Part shown: piece after piece, positions 26,846 to 36,542 of the stretch | Layout: each line of letters begins with the position of its first letter | How positions within the stretch are numbered: the stretch's first letter is position 1 | The notes under the pieces: generated by a model | Database searches by the model: none | What the model was told of the DNA's origin: nothing | What the model saw: only the letters and a program-made list of their open reading frames with translations | Sequence record: PP496441.1 | Length of the DNA: 64,000 bases | Reading direction: 5' to 3' (one strand) | Translations under genes and position numbers: made by a program

Positions 26846-28012
26846 ATGAACGATGATCTGAAAATCACAGAGGTTAACTCTGTGAAGGAATACGATGAAC
26901 ACGTAAGAAACCTGCTGGTTACCTTGTTGGGGCTCGGTTCTTCCGCCACCCGCAACGATCAAGGTACCCGCAAGCTCGGCGCCACGTCGATCAGCTTCAA
27001 CCTGCTGTCGATGTACCCCTCGATCCCGATGACCACGCTACGCCCGATCTCGTGGGCCAGTATCCTCGGCGAGATGCTGGGTTTCATCCGTGGCGAGACC
27101 AACGTCCAAGCGTTCAAGGAACTGGGCACCAACGTCTGGAACGCCAACGCCAAGGAACCCGCGTGGAAGAACAACGCACTGGCGCCGAATGAGGGTGACC
27201 TCGGGCCGATCTACGGCAAGCAGTGGCGCAAGTGGACGGACACCAAATTGCTACACGAAAGGTCCAGCCTTCGAGAACTTGGCTACACACGCATGGGACA
27301 CGTGAGCCGGTTGACTGGTGATCTTCCCCATGAAGGTCCAACAGGTGACGGCCCTCTGTATGTGTGGGTGAAGGAGGTTGACCAGTTGATGGAAGCCCTG
27401 AACCGCATCAAGGCCAACCCCAACGACCGTCGCGCTGTCATCTCGGCGTGGAATCCCGGTGACATGGACTTCATGGCTCTGCCGCCGTGCCACGTTATGA
27501 TGCAGCTGACCACGGTGCCTTACGCCCAGCACAAGTACGGCTCTTACACAGATGGTGCCAGCGACTTCGAGATCGACTTCAACGAGAACTACCCGGAGCA
27601 GGTGGTTTCGGATACCGTCGAGCCGAATAGCAGCGGAGAGACTGTTCCCCGGTACGCGCTCAATCTGGTCGTGACTCAGCGCAGCCAAGACACCCTGCTC
27701 GGTCGGGCGTATAACATCCCGGCGTATGCCACCTTGCTTCGCCTGTTCGCTCACCTGTTGGAAATGGCGCCGGGCAATCTGGAGTTCAACGTCGGCGACC
27801 AGCACCTGTACAGCAACCATGGGGCAGCCGCCGACGAGGTAACTTGCCGAGAAAGTCTGGACAAGGATGAGGAAGGCGAAAAGCTATTCCAACTCTCTAT
27901 CGTCGGCGTGGACAAGTTCGAAGATCTGGACACCCTCACCGCCGACAACTTCATTCTGACTAATCAGGTTACGCATGATAAGTTGGAATCCGACACCAAG
28001 ATGACTGTGTAA
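26846..28012 (+). CDS. thyA: thymidylate synthase with two insertions
   Basis: DLGPIYGKQWR, NPNDRR, SAWNP, ALPPCH, QRSQD..LG..YN, GDQHLYSNH. Confidence 0.93.
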   Translation: MNDDLKITEVNSVKEYDEHVRNLLVTLLGLGSSATRNDQGTRKLGATSISFNLLSMYPSIPMTTLRPISWASILGEMLGFIRGETNVQAFKELGTNVWNANAKEPAWKNNALAPNEGDLGPIYGKQWRKWTDTKLLHERSSLRELGYTRMGHVSRLTGDLPHEGPTGDGPLYVWVKEVDQLMEALNRIKANPNDRRAVISAWNPGDMDFMALPPCHVMMQLTTVPYAQHKYGSYTDGASDFEIDFNENYPEQVVSDTVEPNSSGETVPRYALNLVVTQRSQDTLLGRAYNIPAYATLLRLFAHLLEMAPGNLEFNVGDQHLYSNHGAAADEVTCRESLDKDEEGEKLFQLSIVGVDKFEDLDTLTADNFILTNQVTHDKLESDTKMTV

Positions 28013-28023
28013 GGGGAATCGCC

Positions 28024-28755
28024 ATGAGCACCAATCCACCAATCAACGCCCGCATCCTCAACCTGAAACCCCGTTCCGTTCAAGTCTACGACTTGATCTT
28101 GGACGACACGGATGATCGCACACTGCCCGAACAGATGCGAAGCGTGCTTCAAGGCATCTTCGACGACCATCCTGTAACCGAATATGGTGAGAAGAGTACG
28201 GTCATCGACACCGAACACCTGACCAAAGCAACCATCGTCGCTGTCATCTACGACCCGAGCATTCGCGTTGCCTATCTGGTCGGGCAGGAACGTCGGGACG
28301 ATATGATCTCCGGCGCTTTCCCCGGCAAGCCGATGAACCCCGACTTCTACCTGAGTACTGATGCTCAAGAGTGGACGTCGGCGTTCTTCAACATCAACGG
28401 CAACTGTCTTAAAGACCTGACCGAAGATACGTTGTTCGGCTGGTTCGCCAACGCCATCGAGCGCGGCAAGTCTGACGGCACCAGTGATACCTACAATACG
28501 CTGGGTATCGTGCAGCCCGGTCTGCAAGGCATCAAGAAGGGAATTCCGCTGATGTCCCTGATCGAGGCAGGTATCCTCCCGCACACTGCGTACTGGTCCG
28601 ATCCTCAGGCACCCGAATACGTCAGGTGGCTGGCGAAACAAGGCCAAGCTGCTCAGCGTAGTATTGGGATCAGGGCTACGGAAGATGTGGCAGCCCTGCT
28701 CGACGAGAAGCAGTCGTACGAATCTATCAACCCAAAGGAAGAGAAGGAGTCCTGA
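28024..28755 (+). CDS. hypothetical protein
   Basis: AAGGGG RBS; typical codon usage. Confidence 0.7.
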   Translation: MSTNPPINARILNLKPRSVQVYDLILDDTDDRTLPEQMRSVLQGIFDDHPVTEYGEKSTVIDTEHLTKATIVAVIYDPSIRVAYLVGQERRDDMISGAFPGKPMNPDFYLSTDAQEWTSAFFNINGNCLKDLTEDTLFGWFANAIERGKSDGTSDTYNTLGIVQPGLQGIKKGIPLMSLIEAGILPHTAYWSDPQAPEYVRWLAKQGQAAQRSIGIRATEDVAALLDEKQSYESINPKEEKES

Positions 28756-28757
28756 TC

Positions 28758-29834
28758 ATGCAACAGTCATCTGGCCGTCAAGAGTTGTTCTTGACCCGCC
28801 CTGAAGAAGTCCGGGTTCATTACATCGCCAACGGTGAGTCGGTAGACGAAGCCATGGTCGAAGTCCGGAAGATGTACCCCGGCATTCGGTCCCCGGACTA
28901 CTGGGTCAACCCCGGCGAAGACGCCACCGTCATCCTGATCTATATGCGCAGTGGTCAGGTAATCGTGGTGGACAACGAACACCTGCCGCGCTTCGTCATT
29001 CAGGTTCCGCTGCGCGCAGACGGGTGCTTCGCCGTATCCCCGGATCATATCAACGGTATCGTCGAAGACCACGGAATCATGTTCGGTGCCTTCGAGAACA
29101 ACACCGTCGCCAGCCTCAAGGTGAAAGGCACCGCGTTCCGAGTCCAAGGTGAATCCGGCTGCATTGATCCTGCTGCGTTCCGACATGACCTCGGTGAAAC
29201 GTACGCCATCGAGAATGCCAAGGACAAGATGTATGCGCTGGAAGGTTATGCGCTGGCACGTATGCTGGGGCTGGCCGGGTTGACCACGGTGGATACCACT
29301 GCCGAGTATCAGACGGGCTTCACCCTCGACGGCAAGCAACAGATCATGTTCCCGGACTATGCTCACCGCGAGCCAGACGGAGGCGTGGACACGGATGAAG
29401 TGGAAGAAGGTGTAGAGGATAGCACCACCCGTGTAGACGAACTACTCGAAGGTTTGGTCAGTGGCGAACCCTACAAGGAGCATGACTACTACATTCTGGC
29501 ACTTGATCTTCTCACTCGCGCTGCCGAGAAGTGCTGGAATGAAACCGTTGAGAACGGTGGGGACCGCATGACCAGCGCCATTGTGTTTCCCGGCGTGCAC
29601 GATACGCTGCGGATGCGCGACATGGGGACTTACCTGCTGGACATCAATGCCAAGGTGCAAGAGGTAACGGAAAACAAGGCCATGTTCTTCCAGTGCACGA
29701 TGCCCGGCGTCCATGGAGTTAACCTTGTCCTGATGAACAAGGAGATCGGTGCGACGATGTACCCAGGCGATGACGGTTACTTCCAGTTGCCTCGGAACTT
29801 CCCGATGACCAACTACTTCGTCGATCTGACGTAA
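28758..29834 (+). CDS. multidomain protein with central N4 gp49/Sf6 gp66-like domain
   Basis: F.V.GESGCIDPAAF...LGETYAIENAKDKMYALEGY motif. Confidence 0.72.
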   Translation: MQQSSGRQELFLTRPEEVRVHYIANGESVDEAMVEVRKMYPGIRSPDYWVNPGEDATVILIYMRSGQVIVVDNEHLPRFVIQVPLRADGCFAVSPDHINGIVEDHGIMFGAFENNTVASLKVKGTAFRVQGESGCIDPAAFRHDLGETYAIENAKDKMYALEGYALARMLGLAGLTTVDTTAEYQTGFTLDGKQQIMFPDYAHREPDGGVDTDEVEEGVEDSTTRVDELLEGLVSGEPYKEHDYYILALDLLTRAAEKCWNETVENGGDRMTSAIVFPGVHDTLRMRDMGTYLLDINAKVQEVTENKAMFFQCTMPGVHGVNLVLMNKEIGATMYPGDDGYFQLPRNFPMTNYFVDLT

Positions 29835-29893
29835 TAGGCCTGGTTTAGCTACTTCCAAGTATCGAACGAATAGTTTTGCACTTGGAGGTAGTT

Positions 29894-30304
29894 ATGAAAA
29901 GCCGGGTAGGGATTCCGGTCGGGGAAACCTTGGTTTTCGAAGATAGGACCAATGCTAACAATCTTGGTCAGCTCTATAAGATCACCGTTAAGAACGTGGT
30001 GTTCCATCACATTCAAGGTGAACTCGCCCGGACCGTAGAATTGTGTATGGAGATCGTGGATGGGAACGGTGTTGTCGCTCGGCAACAGACTTTCTTCACC
30101 CAGCAGAACAGTCCTTTCCCGTTTGGTAAGCTCTCGCTAACCGTGGGGATGGTCAGCAAGTCAAGAGTCAGCAAGTCCATGGTAATCCTGGCCTGCATTC
30201 ACCCGCACTGGATGAAAGTGTACCCGGAGAACCAAAGCTTCCCGCTCACCACGCGGGACGTGATCAATCATGAGCCTGAGTTGAAAGCCCAAGCATGTGT
30301 ATAA
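29894..30304 (+). CDS. hypothetical protein
   Basis: GGAGGT RBS supports ATG 29894. Confidence 0.65.
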   Translation: MKSRVGIPVGETLVFEDRTNANNLGQLYKITVKNVVFHHIQGELARTVELCMEIVDGNGVVARQQTFFTQQNSPFPFGKLSLTVGMVSKSRVSKSMVILACIHPHWMKVYPENQSFPLTTRDVINHEPELKAQACV

Positions 30305-30316
30305 GCAGCGCCCCAC

Positions 30317-30346
30317 GCCCGCCCCGGTAGCCCCGAGGTGGGCTTT
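30317..30346 (+). terminator. terminator, duplicate of 15378
   Basis: 27 of 30 nt match the 15378 copy. Confidence 0.75.
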
Positions 30347-30385
30347 CCCGTTTTAGGGTCTTGGAAAATATTTTATACTGCCCAC

Positions 30386-30414
30386 TTGACACTATGAAAT
30401 ATACCTGACATAAT
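30386..30414 (+). promoter_or_regulatory. sigma70 extended -10 early promoter with UP element
   Basis: TTGACA-17-CATAAT, TGn, AAAATATTTT upstream. Confidence 0.85.
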
Positions 30415-30503
30415 GGTGCCATGCTGGGGCTTCATGGGCTGGTAAACAATGATGCCAGCAACCCCACCATCACCACTACCGATGTCCTTTAGGAGATGCA
30501 CCG

Positions 30504-32399
30504 ATGTCCAATACTTCCAAGGTTACCGCGCTGTCCACCTTCAAGATTTCCAAACTGACCCAATCGATTTTGGATATCCTGAAGAAAGATGGCTCGATGT
30601 CGCTCAGCGAATACGGCGAGCTGCCGTTGCAGGTGGGTTTGGCAACCGAGGTATTGCTTCACGCTGATTGCCCCGCCAATACAGTGTTCAGCATCAAGGG
30701 CCGTTCCGTCGGTCGCTACGTTGAACTGACTCATCTCGATGTGGCCGACAAGATCAAGCCGGACCCACTCGCCAGCATCGGTGCCACCAGCGCCGCTCAG
30801 GTACCCGCAGCATTCGACGGCGAAATCAAACTGATGTATCTCGCCATCCCTACTACCACCGAAATGGATGCAGACGGCCTGCTCGAATACGTCGAAGAGA
30901 TGATCGACACCATTCGCGAATCGCTCGTTTCCGAAGGCTACTCCCCCGAGGAGCGTGAGACGCTGATCGGCGTGCACAAAGACTTCGTCGAGCATACCAG
31001 TGAAGTGCACGTGTTCATCGATCTGGACATCCTCGAAGATGCGAAGTACAGCGTCACTCTCGATGAGTACTTCGAAGCCGATGCCTACGAGAAGTTCGAT
31101 AGCGACGAGTACGACGAGAAGTATCGCTTGCCGGAACTGCTGCGCGGCCTGCCAGACGACGTCATGCTGCAACTGGCGGCGAAGCTCGACATCAAGAAGG
31201 GCACCACCAAGAAGTCGAAGCTGACCACGGCCAGCATCACCGAGGCCATCCTCAAGCTCGACACCGAAGTCGTCAAAGCGGCCATCTCCGAGCTGATCGA
31301 TCCGGCTGCTGTCGAAACCCCGGAAGGCGCTGACGCCGACTTGGCCGAGACCCTCAGCGCCTTGACGGCCAAGCAACTGCGTGAGGTGGCAGATCACATG
31401 GAGCTGGAAGTCGGCAAGAAGGACAAGTCCGAAGCCATCACCGCGCTGATCCTCGCTGAAGATGAGGGTGACGTGATCGACGCACTGGACGCATTGGGCT
31501 TGCTGGAAGACGAAACCCCGGACGGCACCCCCGAGGAAGAATCACTGGAGGACATCCTGAAAGGGCTGGACGACGCCGACGTTCGTGCCACGGCCAAAGC
31601 GCTGAAGGTCACCGTGCCGAAGAAGACGGCGCTGGAAGGTGTGATCGCCCTGTTGCTGGAAGAGGATGCGAACGACGTAGCGGAAGCTCTGGTTGATCTG
31701 GGCTTCGTCGAAGCGGAGGAAGAAGAGGAGCAACCGGAAACCCCACCGGCTGACGACGAGGAAGAAGAGGAGCAGGAAGAAGAAGAAGAACTCGACACCG
31801 TGGAGCTGGAGAACGCACTGGCCGAGCTGGACGTTGACCAGATGACCGTCGTGATCGAAACGCTGGAACTGGAGCTGCCGAAGAAGTCGACGCTGGCAAC
31901 CCTGACCAAGGTGATCATGGACTCCGTGACCGACGCCGAAACGCTGGAAGCGGCAACAGACGCCGTGGCAGAGGAAGCTGGCGAGGGCGAGGAAGGTGAG
32001 TCGCTGGAAACGCTGTACAGCGTGCTGGTCGATCTGAAGGCAACCCGTGGCAATGCGGCAACCCGCAAGGAAGCACTGGCCGAGATGTCGGAAACCGACT
32101 TGACCGAAGCCAAGCGTAAAGACGTGGTCGCCCTGTTCGCCATCGCCGAGATGACCGAGCTGGACGAAGACGCTCAGGAGTTGATCGCTCGACTGGCCGG
32201 TGAAGAGTCGGAGCTGAACGAAACCGTGCTGGGTTACTTCACCAAGGTGTTCGCCAAGCTGATCGCTGACGACGCCCCGGAAGAAGTGGCAACGCCGAAG
32301 CCGACTGGCAAAGGTAAATTGGCAGGCACTGTCACTGCCAACGCAGCCAAACCGGCGGGCAAGGGTCCAACCACCCGCAAGCCAGCCAGCAAGAAGTAA
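30504..32399 (+). CDS. very acidic protein with helix-extended-helix (Rho-N/SAP-like) repeats
   Basis: 4-5 repeats L..L....l...A..L.....KK......I..IL; poly-Glu linkers; basic tail. Confidence 0.75.
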   Translation: MSNTSKVTALSTFKISKLTQSILDILKKDGSMSLSEYGELPLQVGLATEVLLHADCPANTVFSIKGRSVGRYVELTHLDVADKIKPDPLASIGATSAAQVPAAFDGEIKLMYLAIPTTTEMDADGLLEYVEEMIDTIRESLVSEGYSPEERETLIGVHKDFVEHTSEVHVFIDLDILEDAKYSVTLDEYFEADAYEKFDSDEYDEKYRLPELLRGLPDDVMLQLAAKLDIKKGTTKKSKLTTASITEAILKLDTEVVKAAISELIDPAAVETPEGADADLAETLSALTAKQLREVADHMELEVGKKDKSEAITALILAEDEGDVIDALDALGLLEDETPDGTPEEESLEDILKGLDDADVRATAKALKVTVPKKTALEGVIALLLEEDANDVAEALVDLGFVEAEEEEEQPETPPADDEEEEEQEEEEELDTVELENALAELDVDQMTVVIETLELELPKKSTLATLTKVIMDSVTDAETLEAATDAVAEEAGEGEEGESLETLYSVLVDLKATRGNAATRKEALAEMSETDLTEAKRKDVVALFAIAEMTELDEDAQELIARLAGEESELNETVLGYFTKVFAKLIADDAPEEVATPKPTGKGKLAGTVTANAAKPAGKGPTTRKPASKK

Positions 32400-32419
32400 C
32401 TGACTGACCCGCAGCAACG

Positions 32420-32446
32420 TGCCCCGGTTTCGACTGGGGCATTTTT
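32420..32446 (+). terminator. rho-independent terminator
   Basis: TGCCCCGG-TTTCGA-CTGGGGCA-TTTTT. Confidence 0.85.
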
Positions 32447-32479
32447 CTCTCAAGCCCAACTGTCCCATTGAGGTGATCC

Positions 32480-32893
32480 ATGTTCAAGCATTATGTGTCT
32501 GGTCCTAGCAGCCTCGACTCCGCCGATCTTCCCCCGCATCTGGCACACTGGTATAAGCACTCGATCAAGGTGCTGCGCATGCTGTGGACGGTTAAGTCAA
32601 CCCCCGAGCAGATGAAGGAGCGTCGGGTAGCTCATGGATCTATCGAGCTGACGGAACTGAAATCTCAGGAAGGCGAAGAGGTAGGCATCCACGGGTACAC
32701 GTACCCGATGCCAGACCGCTACCTGATTCACATAGGTAACTGGGCGGTGTATCGCGGCAAGCATCCGAGCAACGAGATCAGGGATTGGCTGCACCCGGAC
32801 CATTCCCATGAGGTGTACGAGTTCACCACGATCAACGAAGCATTCGCCTTCCTCGCCCTTTTCACCGCCGACAAGATCTGCGTCCAACGCTGA
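32480..32893 (+). CDS. hypothetical protein
   Basis: CTGTCCCATTGAGGT leader. Confidence 0.7.
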   Translation: MFKHYVSGPSSLDSADLPPHLAHWYKHSIKVLRMLWTVKSTPEQMKERRVAHGSIELTELKSQEGEEVGIHGYTYPMPDRYLIHIGNWAVYRGKHPSNEIRDWLHPDHSHEVYEFTTINEAFAFLALFTADKICVQR

Positions 32894-32922
32894 TCCACTC
32901 CCTGTCCCAATGAGGTGTCACC

Positions 32923-33159
32923 ATGCCAATGTCATTCCCAGATATGCAGTCCCTGATCAACCGTGCCGAACAACGAGGCTTCCGTCGCCCGCTCAAAGCG
33001 GAAACCGAAGAGGAGTTCCGTAACGCGCTGGCAGACCACATGCTTCACATCGACCGTGTGGAATCCGCCGAGATCCGTTCGGGCAAAGGCTGGGACAAGC
33101 AAGACCCTCGCGCCATGCTGTCGGCCATGGGAATCGATCTCAAGGATTTTGAGTTTTGA
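32923..33159 (+). CDS. small hypothetical protein
   Basis: CTGTCCCAATGAGGT leader. Confidence 0.7.
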   Translation: MPMSFPDMQSLINRAEQRGFRRPLKAETEEEFRNALADHMLHIDRVESAEIRSGKGWDKQDPRAMLSAMGIDLKDFEF

Positions 33160-33449
33160 TCCGGGTGCTGCTGGTGCTGGCACTGGCAAGCGTACTGGCG
33201 GGCTGTGCGGGCAACCAATACGAGCCGTCGCAGGCGGCCGTTTACGGGGATTGCCGGACCCAAACCATACCAACGGTGGGCCATGGGCGGTACGAAGCGC
33301 CTGCGACGGCTCAGGAGCCCGTGGGCGGCGTGTACTATGACCCGGAACTGGTCGCCATGCGCCCCAGCTTCGGCACTTCCGAGACCATGCGGCGTGTCCT
33401 GCCACTGATCCGCATCTTGATCGGTCCGACTTCCGACATCTATTTTTGA
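33156..33449 (+). CDS. putative lipoprotein
   Basis: Lipobox LAGC after hydrophobic stretch. Confidence 0.65.
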   Translation: MIRVLLVLALASVLAGCAGNQYEPSQAAVYGDCRTQTIPTVGHGRYEAPATAQEPVGGVYYDPELVAMRPSFGTSETMRRVLPLIRILIGPTSDIYF

Positions 33450-33457
33450 GGTGACAC

Positions 33458-34687
33458 ATGAACAACAATTCTGAATCTTTCGCTTTCGCGGAAGGCGGTG
33501 CAGACGAGCTGGCTAGGCTGATCAACCAAGAGATCACGGAATGCCAGTCCATGGGCGCTGATGAAGGTTCGTTCGCCATTCACACGGTGGGACGCTATCA
33601 GGTACAGATTCGTGTCACCCGCGAATACGACAACAAGCTCGACACTCTGATGTCGGGTGTGGCAGTCCCCGCGTCGGACGAAGCCGAAGAATCGGATGAC
33701 GACGAGGAAGAAGATGACGATGCGGACAACGAGGAAGAGCTGGCCGCATTCATCAAGGACGACGAAGATCGGGAGGAACGTGAAGAGGAGGAAGCGTTCG
33801 ACCGGGAAGTGCATGACGAGATCATGGCCGGTCAGGACAGTCGGAACGTGGAAGAGCTGCGCACACCGCTGCTGGAACTGTCCATGCTAGGTCTGGTGAC
33901 GTTGCGTAACCATCTGGAAAAATCTGTAGGGAAACAATCCACTGCCGGGCTCTTCTTCACCCTCATGGGCAAGGAAGACCGGGTGGATGCAATTCTTGAC
34001 TCCTACACGTCCGAGCAGATCACCGCAGCACTCGAAGCCGTTGGGCTGACTAAACCTCACCCTGACCGTGAAGTAGAAGAACTGTTCGGGGAGACGGAAG
34101 ACCTGGCGGCTGGAATCCAGAGCGAGGAAGAACTGGAGCGTCTGGAGGAAGCCCAGTACAGAGAGTTCCCTTCGCCCGAGGGTTACAACAAGGAGCAGAC
34201 CGAGATTGCTGACATGCTGGTCAATAAGTCGGGTTCTACCTTGAACTTGATCCACCGTGGCCTGAAGACGATGAGTCTGGATGAGTCGCCGTTTGACCCC
34301 ATGACCAAGGTGAAGCGGATTCGTGCCATCCTTGCATATCCAGTAGGTCATATCCGGGCTGTGATTAGATCTATCAATCTGGATACGCGGACCGACTTCG
34401 AACGCCACGACCCGGACCACGCTCTGGTCACCAGTGCCACCCGCACCAAAGAGCGGTGTGTCCAGTTGGCTAAGCTATCCCGTGAAGACCTGATTCGACT
34501 GATCGAACTGATCGAGCAAGGTGAAGGTAAGGCAGGTATTGTAACGACGGCGAGCACGCATATCTCCACGCTCATCGATCATCTGGTGGACTACTACACC
34601 CACGCCCAGGTACAGTCTGCGGCTAAGGAACTGGGCATCAAACTGGCCGCAGCAAACGTAGAAGGGAAAGCTGATGGAAAGCCCTGA
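33458..34687 (+). CDS. acidic protein with three ~70-aa helical repeats
   Basis: D/E-rich N-half; repeats L..LS...L..l...L...I..il..Y....I..a....gl. Confidence 0.7.
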   Translation: MNNNSESFAFAEGGADELARLINQEITECQSMGADEGSFAIHTVGRYQVQIRVTREYDNKLDTLMSGVAVPASDEAEESDDDEEEDDDADNEEELAAFIKDDEDREEREEEEAFDREVHDEIMAGQDSRNVEELRTPLLELSMLGLVTLRNHLEKSVGKQSTAGLFFTLMGKEDRVDAILDSYTSEQITAALEAVGLTKPHPDREVEELFGETEDLAAGIQSEEELERLEEAQYREFPSPEGYNKEQTEIADMLVNKSGSTLNLIHRGLKTMSLDESPFDPMTKVKRIRAILAYPVGHIRAVIRSINLDTRTDFERHDPDHALVTSATRTKERCVQLAKLSREDLIRLIELIEQGEGKAGIVTTASTHISTLIDHLVDYYTHAQVQSAAKELGIKLAAANVEGKADGKP

Positions 34688-34877
34688 CCTTATCTTCCCC
34701 GACGGAATGCCCACCACGCCGCAAGGTTGGGACTGCTACATTCTGATGCTTAGGATGTTGATGACCCGACAAGAGGTGGAGCTGGAAAAGAAGATGAATG
34801 CGTTGCGCCGCCATCGGGCATTGACGTACAGCGAAGGTCCGATGTTCCCCGTTTATGATCCTGCTGATCACTATTGA
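34674..34877 (+). CDS. hypothetical protein
   Basis: Overlaps upstream stop; followed by a terminator. Confidence 0.6.
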   Translation: MESPDLIFPDGMPTTPQGWDCYILMLRMLMTRQEVELEKKMNALRRHRALTYSEGPMFPVYDPADHY

Positions 34878-34886
34878 TCGAACCTG

Positions 34887-34918
34887 AACCCGCCGGTCCC
34901 AAGCCGTGCGGGTTTTTT
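34887..34918 (+). terminator. rho-independent terminator
   Basis: AACCCGC...GCGGGTT followed by T-tract. Confidence 0.75.
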
Positions 34919-34971
34919 CGTCTCCAGCGTCCGGTAAATGAGACGTATAAATCCACACTGGAGTCAATACA

Positions 34972-35166
34972 ATGAGACGTCCTTGGCGATTCATCGGTGC
35001 CTTATTTTTCACCTTCTGCTTTCTCCTCTTTGCCATGGGCATGGGGTCTGCCATCACAACAGCGGGTTCTGAATACCCCAAACTGATAGGGATTACCTTT
35101 TCCCTTTTAACGACAACCCTGATTGCCATCTTGTGGCAGTACGTCCGTGACGGGGAGGACTTATGA
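34972..35166 (+). CDS. small two-TM membrane protein
   Basis: Two hydrophobic segments; GGAG RBS. Confidence 0.65.
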   Translation: MRRPWRFIGALFFTFCFLLFAMGMGSAITTAGSEYPKLIGITFSLLTTTLIAILWQYVRDGEDL

Positions 35167-35354
35167 AGCGCTTTCTAGTCATCATGATCTTTACGATAGG
35201 CTACCCTCTGTTCCTCGAAGCATTAGTGGAAGCAGACGGGACTGTCGTGCACGTACCCTTTCTCTTGAAGCTGGTACTGCAAGTTGTTGTGTTCTTCCAC
35301 GCGGCTAGTTCTTATGACATGCTGTTTCCAGAGGGTAGAGTCCGTGGCCGTTAA
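35163..35354 (+). CDS. small two-TM membrane protein
   Basis: ATGA coupling; hydrophobic. Confidence 0.6.
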   Translation: MKRFLVIMIFTIGYPLFLEALVEADGTVVHVPFLLKLVLQVVVFFHAASSYDMLFPEGRVRGR

Positions 35355-36414
35355 AGAGACCAGTGTCGTACATATCGGTGACCTTCACCTGAACAAGCTG
35401 GACCGGGTGTTCGGCGACAAGGCACTGGACTACCAGTTCGCCGAGATCAGGAAGCCGCTCGACTACGCCGTGGAGAAGGGCATCAAGCATGTCATCTTCC
35501 TCGGCGACATCGCCGACAAGCCCCGCATGACAGAGGAAGCCTTGATCCGGCTGGTGCTCCTGCTCCGAGAATACACCGACAAGGATCGCGTCCTCCATCT
35601 GATCAAGGGCAACCATGATGTTGAGAACAAGGAACGTCACTCGCTACGCGGGCTGGAAGACCTGTGCAAAGCGGGCATGCTCCCCAATGTTCACATCTAC
35701 ACCGACCCCGCGCTGGTATGGATCGATGGCTGCCCGATCAACTTCGCCCCGTTCCCGTCCACAAGCGCGCAGGCGGACGCTTTGAACATCGGCCACTTCG
35801 ATACCCCCGGCACCATCCGGGATAACGGCCACGTGGCGCCTGGGGACTTGCCGCCCGCACGTGATCAATGGGTGATAGGCCATCTGCACACGCCGCAGGA
35901 AGGGAACCGCAGGCACTACGCGGGGACCTTGTACCAACTCAGCCGGGCCGAGCAGCGGATCAAGAGCTTCACCGTCAGTCGTCTGAAGTACGACACCAAA
36001 GCCAAGGTGGGTAGCCGACTGACCGTACGCCACCAGCGCGTACCTGTTACTCCCGAATTCCAGTTCGTCAACGTTGAGGTTGTTCGCCTACGTGACCTCG
36101 AACAAGTGACGGACAACCCTTTGCATCTGCACACGGTGTGGGTAAAATCCAAGGTGGAACTTCCAGCCACGTGGTTGCAGCAACACCCCAACGTTATTGA
36201 CCTGATCCCGTACAGCAACAAGAAGCAGCTCAAGGAACTCCAGAGTACGGGCATCGAGAAAGTAGACCTTGAGCTGGACAAGATGTTCGATCAATACGTC
36301 ACCGATAAGTTCTCCCTGACTCCCCAAGAGTTGAAATTCGCTCAGTACACGGTGAACAGGTACCATGGTCAGATTACAAAGAGTACCCTATCTGATATTT
36401 CATCAGAAGGTTAA
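35344..36414 (+). CDS. sbcD: SbcD/Mre11-family nuclease
   Basis: GDLH, LGDIAD, GNHD and GHLH metallophosphoesterase motifs, YAGT; GTG start. Confidence 0.88.
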   Translation: MAVKETSVVHIGDLHLNKLDRVFGDKALDYQFAEIRKPLDYAVEKGIKHVIFLGDIADKPRMTEEALIRLVLLLREYTDKDRVLHLIKGNHDVENKERHSLRGLEDLCKAGMLPNVHIYTDPALVWIDGCPINFAPFPSTSAQADALNIGHFDTPGTIRDNGHVAPGDLPPARDQWVIGHLHTPQEGNRRHYAGTLYQLSRAEQRIKSFTVSRLKYDTKAKVGSRLTVRHQRVPVTPEFQFVNVEVVRLRDLEQVTDNPLHLHTVWVKSKVELPATWLQQHPNVIDLIPYSNKKQLKELQSTGIEKVDLELDKMFDQYVTDKFSLTPQELKFAQYTVNRYHGQITKSTLSDISSEG

Positions 36415-36542
36415 GGCTTGCAAGGTACAGCGTCCGGTGCCAATGGGCCGGGAATACGTCAACAAGAAAGGTGAGGTTGTTGGGCTGGCTGAATACCATC
36501 GCCATGACAGACCCATCTACTACATACCAATTGAGGTTAGCG

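Noticed and set aside
757-28012. Inteins or introns in terL, nrdA or thyA
   Set aside because: No splice-junction residues or homing endonuclease motifs; the extra length is explained by insertions and ATP cones
26846-28012. ThyA as a dCMP hydroxymethylase or other modifying paralogue
   Set aside because: It keeps the dUMP-specifying Asn (AYN) and canonical PCH, QRS and HxY motifs
29849-30304. Minus-strand ORF 29849..30085, and a CsrA-like call for 29894
   Set aside because: The + ORF has the clear GGAGGT RBS; CsrA resemblance is limited to a few hydrophobic positions
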